Origin: Nitrospinales bacterium
GTDB taxonomy: Bacteria > Nitrospinota > Nitrospinia > Nitrospinales > VA-1
Assembly (NCBI GenBank): GCA_965262115.1
Contig: OZ253496.1
Location: 896,001 to 960,000, forward strand
Direction of reading: 5' to 3'
DNA: 64,000 nt
Position 1 is the first letter of the stretch, and every line of letters begins with the position of its first letter. The position numbers and the translations under genes were made by a program. The notes below the pieces were generated by a model that searched no databases, had not been told where the DNA came from, and saw only the letters and a list, made by a program, of their open reading frames with translations. Shown here one piece after another: positions 10,557-20,394 of this stretch.

Positions 10557-10985
10557 ATGAAACGAATTATTATATTAACCGCAGTCAGTATGCTGTTGTT
10601 CACAACAGCCACCTGGGCGGCCAGTAACTGCCCACAGCTCCGAAAAACCAAATCGGCCCCTTCCAACATCGCGTCGATGGACAAGACCGCCAAAGCCGAT
10701 GCGGGAAAAGGAAAAAAGATCTATGAAAAAGGGGCCAAACCTCTGGCCTGTAAAATGTGCCATGGAGAAAGCGGCGACGGCATGGGCAAACTGGGCAAAG
10801 CGCTGAAACCCAACCCGCGCAACTTCACCTGTAGCACTACCATGAAAGATGTTTCTGCCGGACAAATGTTCTGGGTCATCAAAAACGGGTCAACCGGAAC
10901 CGGAATGGTCGCTCACAAAAAAACATTGAAGGATAAAGAGATTTGGGATGTGGTGAAATACATCCGCCAAACCTGGGTCCGTTAG
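10557..10985 (+). CDS. Periplasmic monoheme cytochrome c
   Basis: Signal peptide, CKMCH, PRNFT, distal Met in GTGMVAH; RBS GAGGAG before ATG 10557. Confidence 0.92.
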   Translation: MKRIIILTAVSMLLFTTATWAASNCPQLRKTKSAPSNIASMDKTAKADAGKGKKIYEKGAKPLACKMCHGESGDGMGKLGKALKPNPRNFTCSTTMKDVSAGQMFWVIKNGSTGTGMVAHKKTLKDKEIWDVVKYIRQTWVR

Positions 10986-11108
10986 GCACGGGGCCAGCTT
11001 GCAATAGCATTATCAGCTAGCGAAGAGTTGTCTCGGCTTAAACAAACCATAGTAGTTTTTCAATAATTCCCCCTGACAAGGGGGATTAAGGGTGTTTGCT
11101 TTAAACAG

Positions 11109-11146
11109 AGGGTTCGTCCACTGTCAAGGGGACGAACCCTTTTTTT
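11109..11146 (+). terminator. Intrinsic terminator
   Basis: AGGGTTCGTCC/GGACGAACCCT 11-bp stem followed by a T run. Confidence 0.8.
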
Positions 11147-11409
11147 CGTGGAGCAGAACCATGAACCCCAAATCACCCCAGCCCTTGTGATATTTCTTCC
11201 TCAACTTTCATGCCCGGTACGGGTACTTTGAAAAAGAGTGGTCCATTGAAGCTCCCTCTTCTACGAAGAGGGTTGAGGAGATTTGCTTTTTGCCTCCTCT
11301 CCCTTCATAGGGAGGGACTGAGGGAGGGTTGGATTAAAAGTTGCGCGTTTAGGAAGGATCAAGCAGGTTCTTGACTATAACTTTGCCTCCCTCGCCAGAG
11401 GGCCGGTTT

Positions 11410-11940
11410 TTATTTTTGTTCGGCCTGAGGCGGGTTTAGTTTTTCCAGTTCATATTTTTCGATCAGGCCCTCCAGTTTCTTATTAAAAGCTTCCGACTGC
11501 GTGTGTTCCCTGCCCCATTCACTACCAATCACCCCCGCTTCGCGGCTGATGAGGGGCATCTTTTCCTTCCACTCATTCCAGAAAGGCGTCTCAAACATGG
11601 TGATGAGTTTTTTTACCGTCTCGTGCGACATATGCTTGTCATAAACCGGAATCACCCGGGTCACTAAATCATCCATTTCCTTCTTGCCGATCAGTTGATT
11701 GAACTCGCCCCAGAACGCTTCGGGAACATTGGGGAATGACCCCGTCACCATCATTGAGACATTGTTCAGGAGAGAGTCCTGCATATAATCCAACTGATCC
11801 AGAATGCCGGATACTTGCAACAACTTTTTAATATCCATTTCCTTTTCCGAAGATGTTTCGGGAAAAACCGGATTGGCGGCGGTGACCCACAGCAGAACAA
11901 GCAATATCACTGATGTTATTTTCTTTCGGTCAAACCCCAT
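11410..11940 (-). CDS. DUF2059-like exported protein
   Basis: Signal peptide; IPVYDKHMSHETVKKLITMFETP resembles the DUF2059 pattern. Confidence 0.7.
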   Translation of the reverse strand: MGFDRKKITSVILLVLLWVTAANPVFPETSSEKEMDIKKLLQVSGILDQLDYMQDSLLNNVSMMVTGSFPNVPEAFWGEFNQLIGKKEMDDLVTRVIPVYDKHMSHETVKKLITMFETPFWNEWKEKMPLISREAGVIGSEWGREHTQSEAFNKKLEGLIEKYELEKLNPPQAEQK

Positions 11941-11956
11941 TCATATCTCCAACTGC

Positions 11957-12076
11957 TCAGCCTTTCTTAAGCTCTTGTAATGCGGAAATTGCCGCAAGCG
12001 CACCGGCATTAGGCAGTTCATATTCCTTGCCTGAATTTTTTGGTACAGGCAGCTTGCTAAAATCGTTTTCGGACAT
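11957..12076 (-). CDS. Small hypothetical protein, 39 aa
   Basis: GGGGAGAAG upstream of ATG 12076; MSENDFSKLPVPKNSGKEYELPNAGALAAISALQELKKG; stops 16 nt before the DUF2059 gene. Confidence 0.55.
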   Translation of the reverse strand: MSENDFSKLPVPKNSGKEYELPNAGALAAISALQELKKG

Positions 12077-12219
12077 TGATCTTCTCCCCTGTTCGAAATT
12101 TGATGCCACAGACTACCACGGACACGAATTGCCGACACCAAATTTTTAGACCCTTGACGAAACGACAACCAGCAATTAGCCTAGTGTATTCAAATATCTT
12201 TCTCTATCAAAGCCTTGTT

Positions 12220-12885
12220 ATGAATGCGGAAAAATCCCGAGCTGAAAACTCTAAAAAAAGCCTGAAAAAAGCCGACTTCACCGGAGCCGATTTAAAAGAA
12301 GCAGATTTGAGTTCCGGGGTTCTGATTGAAGCGTGTTTAAAAGATGCCGATCTAAGCGAGGCCGACCTCTGTGATGCCGATATCAGTTCAGCCAACTTTG
12401 AGGGAGACCGACTCCACAGAACCCTGCTATATCGGTCCCGTTGCCGAGAGACCAATTTCACCCGGGCTGTTCTGACCCAGGCCAATCTGGTCGAGGCCAA
12501 TCTCATTGCCGCAAATTTCAGTCATGCAAACCTGAGCGAGTCAAATATCGAAGGGGCGGATTTGAAAAACGCTAAACTGATAGGCGCTAACCTCAGCAAC
12601 ACCAATATGACAGGAGTTTTTTTGTCTAACGCCGATCTTTCCGGTGCCGACTTCACCAACGCCGATCTCATTGCCGCTGACCTGACAAATACCGACCTCA
12701 CCAGCGCCAATTTTGAAAATACCTATTTGAATCACGCCGACCTTTCAGGAGCTAACCTCAAACAAACGAAAAATCTCACCCGCGACCAGATAGAGACCAC
12801 ATTTATCACCAGAGAAACCCTTTTGCCCGACACCCTGCCCATCGAATGGATTTCAGATACCGAATACGAGTTCGTAAATACCTGA
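12220..12885 (+). CDS. Pentapeptide-repeat protein
   Basis: Long run of A(D/N)LxX repeats. Start uncertain; the ORF is open from 12076. Confidence 0.9.
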   Translation: MNAEKSRAENSKKSLKKADFTGADLKEADLSSGVLIEACLKDADLSEADLCDADISSANFEGDRLHRTLLYRSRCRETNFTRAVLTQANLVEANLIAANFSHANLSESNIEGADLKNAKLIGANLSNTNMTGVFLSNADLSGADFTNADLIAADLTNTDLTSANFENTYLNHADLSGANLKQTKNLTRDQIETTFITRETLLPDTLPIEWISDTEYEFVNT

Positions 12886-12887
12886 AG

Positions 12888-13607
12888 TCACTTGGCTTTT
12901 ATTCTCTCCCAAACTTTCTGAGCCCTTTCCAGTTGCGAGAGGTCGTCAATTTCGGCCCAGTCCAACCCCTCCATCCTTAAAAAATAAACGGGGTATTCGC
13001 TTGCGACCCCAACCATGCAATCCATGTCATAACTGAGTTTGGGATTCGAGTCCGCAGTTTGTATCAGCCTGTCATAAAGTTGTTGGGAAATTTTTGCGAT
13101 GCCAATATACTCTCCGACAGAGCCTTTGATTTCATCCCGATTTTTTGATATCCCGGTCACGCGATTTTCAACCGCTTCCACATAAACCTCATCCCCCGCA
13201 TTCGTCGTTCCCGACAATAAAAGACAATCGCTGTGAGGTGCGTTTAAAATCCCGGTGATCGCCGCCGGATCGTAAATCAAGTCCGATTCCAGCAGAATAA
13301 AATCCGCATCGACAAAGTCCTTAGCGCACCCGAGTGAGCACATGGTCCCTGTCTCGGCAAATCTGGCATTTTCAACGGTGCTGATTTCGGGATAGGTTTC
13401 CCCAAGGTTCTCATAATACTCGCCCTTGTGCCCGGTAACGATCATGATTTCCCGGATTCCGCAGGCAATCAAGGCTTTCAAGGAATATTCAATGATGGGA
13501 CTGTCGCCAAGATGGATAAAGCCTTTAGGTATATCCTCACCCATTCCCTTTAGCCGCAATCCCATTCCAGCCGCAAGGATAACTGCCTTCGTGATCACTT
13601 GACTCAT
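12888..13607 (-). CDS. Phosphocholine-cytidylyltransferase-like nucleotidyltransferase
   Basis: AVILAAGMGLRL..PK, LLESDLIY, WAEIDD. Confidence 0.85.
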   Translation of the reverse strand: MSQVITKAVILAAGMGLRLKGMGEDIPKGFIHLGDSPIIEYSLKALIACGIREIMIVTGHKGEYYENLGETYPEISTVENARFAETGTMCSLGCAKDFVDADFILLESDLIYDPAAITGILNAPHSDCLLLSGTTNAGDEVYVEAVENRVTGISKNRDEIKGSVGEYIGIAKISQQLYDRLIQTADSNPKLSYDMDCMVGVASEYPVYFLRMEGLDWAEIDDLSQLERAQKVWERIKAK

Positions 13608-13626
13608 CTTATTCTATATACAGATA

Positions 13627-15615
13627 TCAAACCGGTTTTTGATCGGGTTCCTGACCAGACCCCAAATAGGTGATCGCCAAGTCCAATTGCAGGTGACTAC
13701 CAAAAAGAATAAGCATATCTCCGGGCAGAACGGAAAATTCAGAGCCCGGATTGGGGTGGGGTTTGTTTTTACGCACCACTGCAATAACTACCGCTCCGGT
13801 TCGCTCGGTAATATTTATATCTCCGAGCACCTTATCACGCACCCAGCTGCCTTGCAAAACCAGATAGGACTCGGTAAGAGTGGCCGTGAGGTAGGTGGAA
13901 AACTTTTTCAGGCTCTCAGTGTTTAAAGACAGTCCCCGGAACATGCTATAACCTTCCAGCCGAATCAATTCCACCTGTTGTTCAATAATATTATCAGGAA
14001 TACGGTAGTCGCGTAATACCCGCGAAAAAATTTCTATGGAAGTTTCAAATTCTTCCGGGATCACTTCATCGGCTCCGGCGGTTTTAAGTTCTTCAACTTG
14101 GGCAGTCAACCGGGTTCGAACCATAATCTTGACTTCGGGATTGATCTTTCTGGCAAGACGCACGGCTTTTTCTGTCACCGCGTAATCCGGGATCGAAAAC
14201 ACAATCATCCTTGCCTCTTTCAAACCCGCCCGGCTCAATGTTTCTTCCTGAGCACAATCGCCATAATGAGTGGTCATGCCTTCCGTCAAAGCGCGTTTAA
14301 CCTGCTCGCCATCCAGATCCAGAACCATGAAAGGAATCTGCGTTTCAAGAAGCACCTGGGCCAGGGTTCGGCCCCCAAGTCCATAGCCCACAATGATGAC
14401 ATGGCCTTTAAGCTCAGAATCCTGTTCGTGGTCCGAATCGGTTTCTGCAGATTTCCACTGGGAAAATATTCTCATGGAAAGTGCCGAGGAAGCCTGGATC
14501 AAAAAAGGCGCGAAAAGCATAGAAAGAATAGAAACAATGAGCAACAGTTGGTATTGATGAGAATCGAACAAACCCTGATCCAATGCCATCGCAGCAAGGA
14601 TAATGGAAAACTCCCCCACCTGTGCCAAACGCATCCCCACCACAAAAGAAATCCGCACAGGCACCCGCACCAGCAAACAAGCCAGACCTGCCAACCCCCC
14701 TTTAACCAGAACCACCAGAACAAAAAGTCCCAGGCAGCCCCAGACAGAATCCATCAGCACCTGCGTTTGCAGAAGCATGCCAACCGAAATGAAAAAAATA
14801 CTGCTGAAATAATCCCGTAGTGGAAGAATGTCGAGAATAATCTGGTGATTGTACTCGGACTCCGAAATAATCATTCCAGCAATCAAGGCACCCATCGCCA
14901 GGGTCAAACCCATTTTTTGCGATACCCAACCCGTAGCAAGAATGATAAACAGTACCGATAACGTGAGATGTTCTTTGTTGCCGACCCGGGCAATCCAGAT
15001 CAGAGTCTTCGGAACGATCAGCCTGGATAGAAAAAAAATCGCCACCACTGCTGTCAGCGACTTGACCATGGCAAGTGCAAAGTCCGCTCCGGAGTTGACT
15101 CCTGACTGGGCAAGAAGCGGCAGAAGAAGCATGATGGGGACCACACATAAATCCTGAAACAGGAGAGTGCCAATACAAAGCTTTCCGTGCAAGGTATCGA
15201 TCTCGGCACGGTCTGTAATCATTTTCAGGACAATGGCCGTACTACTCAAAGCAACGATCAACCCTAAAGCGATGCTCTGGTTTTGCTGAAACCCCATCTC
15301 CCTGAAAACAAACCAGATAAAAACCGTTGTCAGGCCCAGTTGCAGACCACCGACCCCCAAAACCGAAGCCAGGTTTTTCAGCAGGCGTCCGAGTGAAAAC
15401 TCCAGACCAATGACAAACAGAAGCAGGATCACCCCGATCTCCGCCAATTCCTTCACCGAAGCGACATCAGAGATCAGTTTTAATCCATACGGACCGATCA
15501 GAACCCCGGCAACGAGATAGCCCATGACCGAGGGCAGTTTAATTTTATGGAAAAGCAGGTTGATCGGAAGGGAAACCAGCAGGAGTACGGCTAAATCTTC
15601 AATCAAATGGACCAT
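13627..15615 (-). CDS. CPA2 cation:proton antiporter (Kef-like) with RCK N and C domains
   Basis: Many TM helices, LLLFVIGLEFS, ALSSTAIV, FQD, HVIIVGYGLGG and a TrkA_C-like tail. Confidence 0.92.
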   Translation of the reverse strand: MVHLIEDLAVLLLVSLPINLLFHKIKLPSVMGYLVAGVLIGPYGLKLISDVASVKELAEIGVILLLFVIGLEFSLGRLLKNLASVLGVGGLQLGLTTVFIWFVFREMGFQQNQSIALGLIVALSSTAIVLKMITDRAEIDTLHGKLCIGTLLFQDLCVVPIMLLLPLLAQSGVNSGADFALAMVKSLTAVVAIFFLSRLIVPKTLIWIARVGNKEHLTLSVLFIILATGWVSQKMGLTLAMGALIAGMIISESEYNHQIILDILPLRDYFSSIFFISVGMLLQTQVLMDSVWGCLGLFVLVVLVKGGLAGLACLLVRVPVRISFVVGMRLAQVGEFSIILAAMALDQGLFDSHQYQLLLIVSILSMLFAPFLIQASSALSMRIFSQWKSAETDSDHEQDSELKGHVIIVGYGLGGRTLAQVLLETQIPFMVLDLDGEQVKRALTEGMTTHYGDCAQEETLSRAGLKEARMIVFSIPDYAVTEKAVRLARKINPEVKIMVRTRLTAQVEELKTAGADEVIPEEFETSIEIFSRVLRDYRIPDNIIEQQVELIRLEGYSMFRGLSLNTESLKKFSTYLTATLTESYLVLQGSWVRDKVLGDINITERTGAVVIAVVRKNKPHPNPGSEFSVLPGDMLILFGSHLQLDLAITYLGSGQEPDQKPV

Positions 15616-15709
15616 GTATTCGCCAGAGTATGAAAAATAGTGAGGGCAACATCTCCTTTATATTATACGGGGATTCTTTTAAGGAAAGAAATGATATCAG
15701 GAAACGAGG

Positions 15710-15743
15710 AAGCCCCTGTTCCTCCTGACAGGAACAGGGGCTT
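15710..15743. terminator. 14-bp hairpin downstream of the 76-aa gene
   Basis: AAGCCCCTGTTCCT-cctgac-AGGAACAGGGGCTT. Confidence 0.6.
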
Positions 15744-15814
15744 TCAAGTCAAGCAGAGGTCAAACAAACGGGAGACCTGGACGTATCCCGAATTTGAACC
15801 TGAAAATTTAATCT

Positions 15815-16045
15815 TTAATCGTTAGCAAAACGCAGAGCGAGGGCAAGGTCCTCCAACCCGTCCCTTTGCGCTATGGCTGCAATATTCGAATACGAGTCAC
15901 GCCGGTCGATGGACCGGGCTGTCATGGACGAAGCATCCAATCCTTCTCGAACCTTATTCACCAGATCCTCGAGAATGTACTGAAATCCTCCCTGATCCAA
16001 CGCGCATTCAACATTTCCCAAAAAATTGGCTGCCGGGTCTTTCAT
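15815..16045 (-). CDS. Small hypothetical protein, 76 aa
   Basis: RBS AAGGGG; has its own candidate promoter and downstream hairpin. Confidence 0.75.
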   Translation of the reverse strand: MKDPAANFLGNVECALDQGGFQYILEDLVNKVREGLDASSMTARSIDRRDSYSNIAAIAQRDGLEDLALALRFAND

Positions 16046-16115
16046 GATCCGATCCCCCTTAAAAAATGGTTACGAAAATACCGTTTCCCCAGAAGAAAAA
16101 CTCTGCCCAACTAAC

Positions 16116-16142
16116 CTATCGGCAATAAGGAAGGAATCTTAA
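16116..16142 (-). promoter_or_regulatory. Putative sigma-28 (FliA) promoter
   Basis: Minus strand reads TTAAGATT-N11-GCCGATAG versus consensus TAAAGTTT-N11-GCCGATAA. Confidence 0.65.
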
Positions 16143-16398
16143 GCCCGATCTGACCCCATAGAGGATTCAGGATGGGTGGGGGGTCGGCCTCGGAATTCCA
16201 GGGAAAAAACCCCGCAAATGTAACCGAAAACTCCAACTAATTTTTTAAGAATTCAATAACTATAAATAAATCAAATACTTTTGTCAATGAATTTCTAAAA
16301 TAAAATTTTCTAATTTTGACTTAAAAGTCTATTACCCCTTATTTATAAATAAGTTATAGATATATTTTTTAACCCTAAAAACCAAGGCACTAAAACTA

Positions 16399-16411
16399 TA
16401 ACTATTTGATT
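16399..16411. promoter_or_regulatory. IHF consensus site in AT-rich intergenic DNA
   Basis: TAACTATTTGATT equals YAANNNNTTGATW. Confidence 0.45.
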
Positions 16412-16543
16412 TTTAATCTTTTATTTATTTTTATGGGTGGGACGGCCTAATAAAGGCCTATTTAGACTATTAAATTAGTGGAGGGGGGGATTATGAAAAT
16501 AGAGCTGGATGGCCGCCCACTCTAAGGCAGACACAAAACCGTT

Positions 16544-16915
16544 TCATAATTCAAAATAGCTGGCACCACAACCTTCCATCTCGCAGATTTCCACCCGTTT
16601 CACACGGATAGTGTTCGAACTGACCTGTTCCTTGAGCTTGAGGAACAACCAGCGGGCAATGTTTTCCGCAGAAGGGTTTTGCTCGTCAAAGGGGGGAATT
16701 TCGTTGATATTTTGATAATCCAGTTTGCCTAGAATCTCTTCCACCATCTGTTTTAATTTTACAAAATCGATACCAACTCCCATAGCGTCCAGTTCATCGG
16801 CCTCGACCGTGACCTGGGCTGACCAGTTATGGCCGTGGAGATTTTCGTATTTGCCGTCATACAGCCTGAGTTGATGGGCGGCTGAAAAGCCGGTCTTAAC
16901 GGTTACCTCATACAT
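16544..16915 (-). CDS. queD: 6-carboxytetrahydropterin synthase
   Basis: FSAAHQL, NLHGHNW, NPSAENIA. The usual catalytic Cys position reads Tyr (KYENLHGH). Confidence 0.85.
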   Translation of the reverse strand: MYEVTVKTGFSAAHQLRLYDGKYENLHGHNWSAQVTVEADELDAMGVGIDFVKLKQMVEEILGKLDYQNINEIPPFDEQNPSAENIARWLFLKLKEQVSSNTIRVKRVEICEMEGCGASYFEL

Positions 16916-16946
16916 ATTTGACCCCCACTAAATATTTAATAGACAC

Positions 16947-18290
16947 TTATTTTAACACCGCATCGATGCAATCTCGCGCCGTGTTCATCATGACTTCTAT
17001 CTCTTCTTCGGTGATGACCAGAGGTGGGATGAAGTACACCACATCCCCCAGGGGACGCATAAAAACTCCGCGCTTTAGTCCTTCGAGATAGATCTGATAG
17101 CCAACACGTTTTTCAAAATCTAACCGCTCCTTATTTTTTTCCGTCAGTTCCAATGCCGCAATCATCCCCGTCTGCCGAAACTCTCCTTCGATTCCATCGA
17201 AGGCCTGTTTTCCGCATTCTTTCATGGCGGCGATTTTGGGTTTCAGCGTTCCCAGAAAATGGTTTTCCGTCAGCATACTAAGTGTTTCGTTGGCCACAGC
17301 ACAGGCTAGAGGATTCGCCGAATAGCTATGACTGTGAATGAACAATTTCCGGTCACGGTGCTCGCCGTAAAAAGCTGAATAGATTTCATCGGTAGCCAGT
17401 GTGGCGGACAAGGGAAGATAACCCGAGGTGATCCCCTTGGACAGACACAAAAAAGTCGGATTCAGATCGTGTTCCCCGCACACGAAAAGCGAACCGGTGC
17501 GCCCGAAAGCCACAGCGATTTCATCAAAAATCATATGAATTCCCAACGACTCACAGAGTGATTGCAGTTTTTTTAAATAAATCGGCGGATACATCATCAT
17601 CCCCGCCGCCCCTTGAACCAAAGGCTCGATTATCACCCCGGCGATGGTATCAGGATTCTCACTCAATGCTTTTTCCATCGGCTCAAAGCATTCGGCATTA
17701 CAACTTTCGCGCTGCAACCCATAAGGACAGCGAAAACAATCCGGCCCTTCGACCGGCAAATTCTCAGCAAGAACCTTCTCAAACTTTGCCCTGAAAATTT
17801 CCAGTCCGCATACCGAAAGCGCGCCCAGGGTTTCGCCATGATATCCGCCTTTGAGATAAGCGAATCGCAGTTTTTGCGTTTGCCCTTTTTCCTGCCAGTA
17901 CTGCAGGCTCATTTTCAGGGCCACTTCCACAGCCGTGGAACCATTATCGGAAAAAAATACTTTATCAAGCCCGACCGGTGACAAGTCTACCAGGGTATCG
18001 GCCAGATCAATGGCGGGCTGATGTGTGATGTCGGCAAACATCACATGCGCCATTTTTTCCAGCTGCCGGGTTAAAGCCGTATTGAGGCGGGGGTGGTTAT
18101 GCCCGAACAGGTTGACCCACCACGAAGCGATCACATCCATATACCGGTTGCCTCCCCGGTCATAAAGATAGATGCCCTCTGCCCTCTCGACCAATATAGG
18201 AGGCGTTGTTTCGTAGTCCTTGTGCTGGGTGCAAGGGTGCCAAACACTATGAAAATCGCGGACAAGGTCGGATTTAATTTCAGGAATCAT
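16947..18290 (-). CDS. bioA: Adenosylmethionine-8-amino-7-oxononanoate transaminase
   Basis: VWHPCTQ, SWWVNLFGH, GYHGETLG, FDEIAVAFGRTG, LSKG (PLP Lys), RPLGD. Confidence 0.93.
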   Translation of the reverse strand: MIPEIKSDLVRDFHSVWHPCTQHKDYETTPPILVERAEGIYLYDRGGNRYMDVIASWWVNLFGHNHPRLNTALTRQLEKMAHVMFADITHQPAIDLADTLVDLSPVGLDKVFFSDNGSTAVEVALKMSLQYWQEKGQTQKLRFAYLKGGYHGETLGALSVCGLEIFRAKFEKVLAENLPVEGPDCFRCPYGLQRESCNAECFEPMEKALSENPDTIAGVIIEPLVQGAAGMMMYPPIYLKKLQSLCESLGIHMIFDEIAVAFGRTGSLFVCGEHDLNPTFLCLSKGITSGYLPLSATLATDEIYSAFYGEHRDRKLFIHSHSYSANPLACAVANETLSMLTENHFLGTLKPKIAAMKECGKQAFDGIEGEFRQTGMIAALELTEKNKERLDFEKRVGYQIYLEGLKRGVFMRPLGDVVYFIPPLVITEEEIEVMMNTARDCIDAVLK

Positions 18291-18302
18291 GAAAAGCCCT
18301 CA

Positions 18303-19415
18303 TCACAAGTTGTAGCGGGTGGGAGAGAACTCGTGAATCTCATCATCAAGAGTATCCCTGATCACCGCAGACATATAGTCTGCCTGATTTGGAGTCAGCA
18401 AAATTCCGTTACGGTAATGGCCGGAAGAATAAAACAGGTTATCATACCTCCCGCTTTTCCCCATGATGGGCATGAGGTCCTCAGCCGCAGGGCGCAAGCC
18501 CGTCCACGATTCAATCAAGGGCGCTGTTTTAAGATCAGGCAGGATCTCTGCCGCAGAGTCAATCAGTAGGTCGATCACTTCGTCTTCTATGGACGGATCA
18601 AAGCCCCGGTCTTCCATGGTCGAGCCGATGACGAATCCGTTGCCTTCCCGCCAGGGCGCAATATAAGTCATCCGGCCATGCAGGGTATAATCCATAAAAT
18701 AGTCGTCCAACTGCACCCGGCACATTTGTCCTTTGACCGGTTTCAAGGGGATCGAAACCTCCAGCACGTGGGCCAACTGCGTAGACCAACTCCCCGACGC
18801 CAGAACGAACTTCTGCCCAATAATATTTCCTGAATCCGTCACCGCCGATGAAATGGTCGAAGTCTTGCGGATAAAGCCCGAAACATTTGCTTCCAGAACA
18901 TGAATTCCCAGTTTTCTGGAAGCCTGCATGAGCGAGTCGTGCATTTGCCGGTTATTGACCTGCCCTTCCCCAACCCACATCACCTCGCCACAGTCTTCCG
19001 ACAAAAAAGGTGCTTTCTGGCGAACCTTTTCCCCATTCCATATTTCATGCGGGATATTTTCACGGGTGAAAAACGCCTTTCGCTCTTCCCAGGTTTCACG
19101 GTAACTGGACGAGGGCATCAAAGAACCTGCAGACGAAAAATGGACAGAAACTCCACTGACCGAAACCAGTTCTGCAAGGAATTTGGGGAACTTATCCAGC
19201 GAATCCCGGCAAAACATGAAAAACCGGTCGGCCCTGTCGCATTCGCAAAAAGGGGCCAACATCCCCGCCGCGGCCCGGGACGCCTGAAGAGAGTTGACCG
19301 GATCGCCCAAAACCGCGATTTTCAGGTGCGGCGCATCCTGTTTAAGGCGAAAGGCAATGCTATGGCCAATGACTCCCGAGCCAATGACCACAATATCAAA
19401 ATTCCCATTGTCCAT
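18303..19415 (-). CDS. thiO: Glycine oxidase ThiO-like FAD oxidoreductase
   Basis: GSGVIG, ASRAAAGMLAP, PVKGQ, WTGLRP, GHYRNGILL. Confidence 0.82.
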   Translation of the reverse strand: MDNGNFDIVVIGSGVIGHSIAFRLKQDAPHLKIAVLGDPVNSLQASRAAAGMLAPFCECDRADRFFMFCRDSLDKFPKFLAELVSVSGVSVHFSSAGSLMPSSSYRETWEERKAFFTRENIPHEIWNGEKVRQKAPFLSEDCGEVMWVGEGQVNNRQMHDSLMQASRKLGIHVLEANVSGFIRKTSTISSAVTDSGNIIGQKFVLASGSWSTQLAHVLEVSIPLKPVKGQMCRVQLDDYFMDYTLHGRMTYIAPWREGNGFVIGSTMEDRGFDPSIEDEVIDLLIDSAAEILPDLKTAPLIESWTGLRPAAEDLMPIMGKSGRYDNLFYSSGHYRNGILLTPNQADYMSAVIRDTLDDEIHEFSPTRYNL

Positions 19416-19577
19416 ATATCCAGTCCTTTCACCCCTGGTCAGGCATAAATCAACCCTGCCTTATAGCATCAAGCCCCTTGCCACCTCAAACCCGATTATG
19501 ATAGTTTAGAAAACAAATTAGCAATAAATTATTTATCTTAAATTCAAACCCGTACGGGTTTTTTCCTGAAAGCTATT

Positions 19578-20222
19578 ATGAACGAAAAAACAGAAGCAAG
19601 TCAGGCCAGTCCCGATACCGAGAGTACCGGACAACGCATTGATCCCATTCTCGAACACTTGGAGGTAGAAGGCATAGAAGTCGACAAAGCGCTCATTCGC
19701 AAAAAATTTATAGATATCTGGATATACGAAAACGGCGACACACTGGATGAGGAAGAACAATACCTCACCACCGTTGCGGCTTTCATCTACAATGCTCATA
19801 ATGTGCTGGATGATGCCAATATAAGAATAGATAAAGCCAGGGTGGCAATCATCGCCGCACTTGCGGCATGGAAACAACCTGAGCGCGACAAGCTGATCGA
19901 GAAAGAAAAAGCTTCCGAAAATCCATTTAAAGTTTTTGTCGAAAACCATCAGCCCCAAGTGGATGAAACCCATGTCTGGAAGCATTTTTTACTGGAACAT
20001 AAAAAAGTTGAAGAAAAAAACTGGGTCTATAAAATGAAAAAGTGCTGGTTTGCCAGTTTTTTCATTCGCTTTGGTCGCACCGACTATATTGAGACAGCCT
20101 GCTGTTTCGACAAGATTCCCGCTGACGCCCGGCAGGATTATGTCGATTTAAAACTAAGCAACCTGTTCGCTCAGTTGGGTTCCATTTGCCAATTCGATTA
20201 CAAACCTAAAAAAGACAAATAG
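19578..20222 (+). CDS. Hypothetical protein with ATC-hydrolase/V4R-like Cys-containing C-terminal domain
   Basis: KKCWFA...ACCFD...CQFDY pattern. Confidence 0.6.
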   Translation: MNEKTEASQASPDTESTGQRIDPILEHLEVEGIEVDKALIRKKFIDIWIYENGDTLDEEEQYLTTVAAFIYNAHNVLDDANIRIDKARVAIIAALAAWKQPERDKLIEKEKASENPFKVFVENHQPQVDETHVWKHFLLEHKKVEEKNWVYKMKKCWFASFFIRFGRTDYIETACCFDKIPADARQDYVDLKLSNLFAQLGSICQFDYKPKKDK

Positions 20223-20394
20223 CGGAGAACCTCCGCAGGCATGGTATTATTCCTTGGCTGTGATGTCCTCTTCCTTAAACTTCATGCCCGGAACGGGTAT
20301 TTCATGCTCTGCATGGGGTACAACCTGCAAAGTCTTTATTTTGTCAGCAAAGAGTTGTCTCGTCTCAACAAGCCATTGCTAGCCCCCTACGGGA

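Noticed and set aside
12094..12108. Minus-strand sigma-54-like TGGCATCAAATTTCG
   Set aside because: The -12 element is TTCG rather than TTGC, and it lies very close to the start codon.
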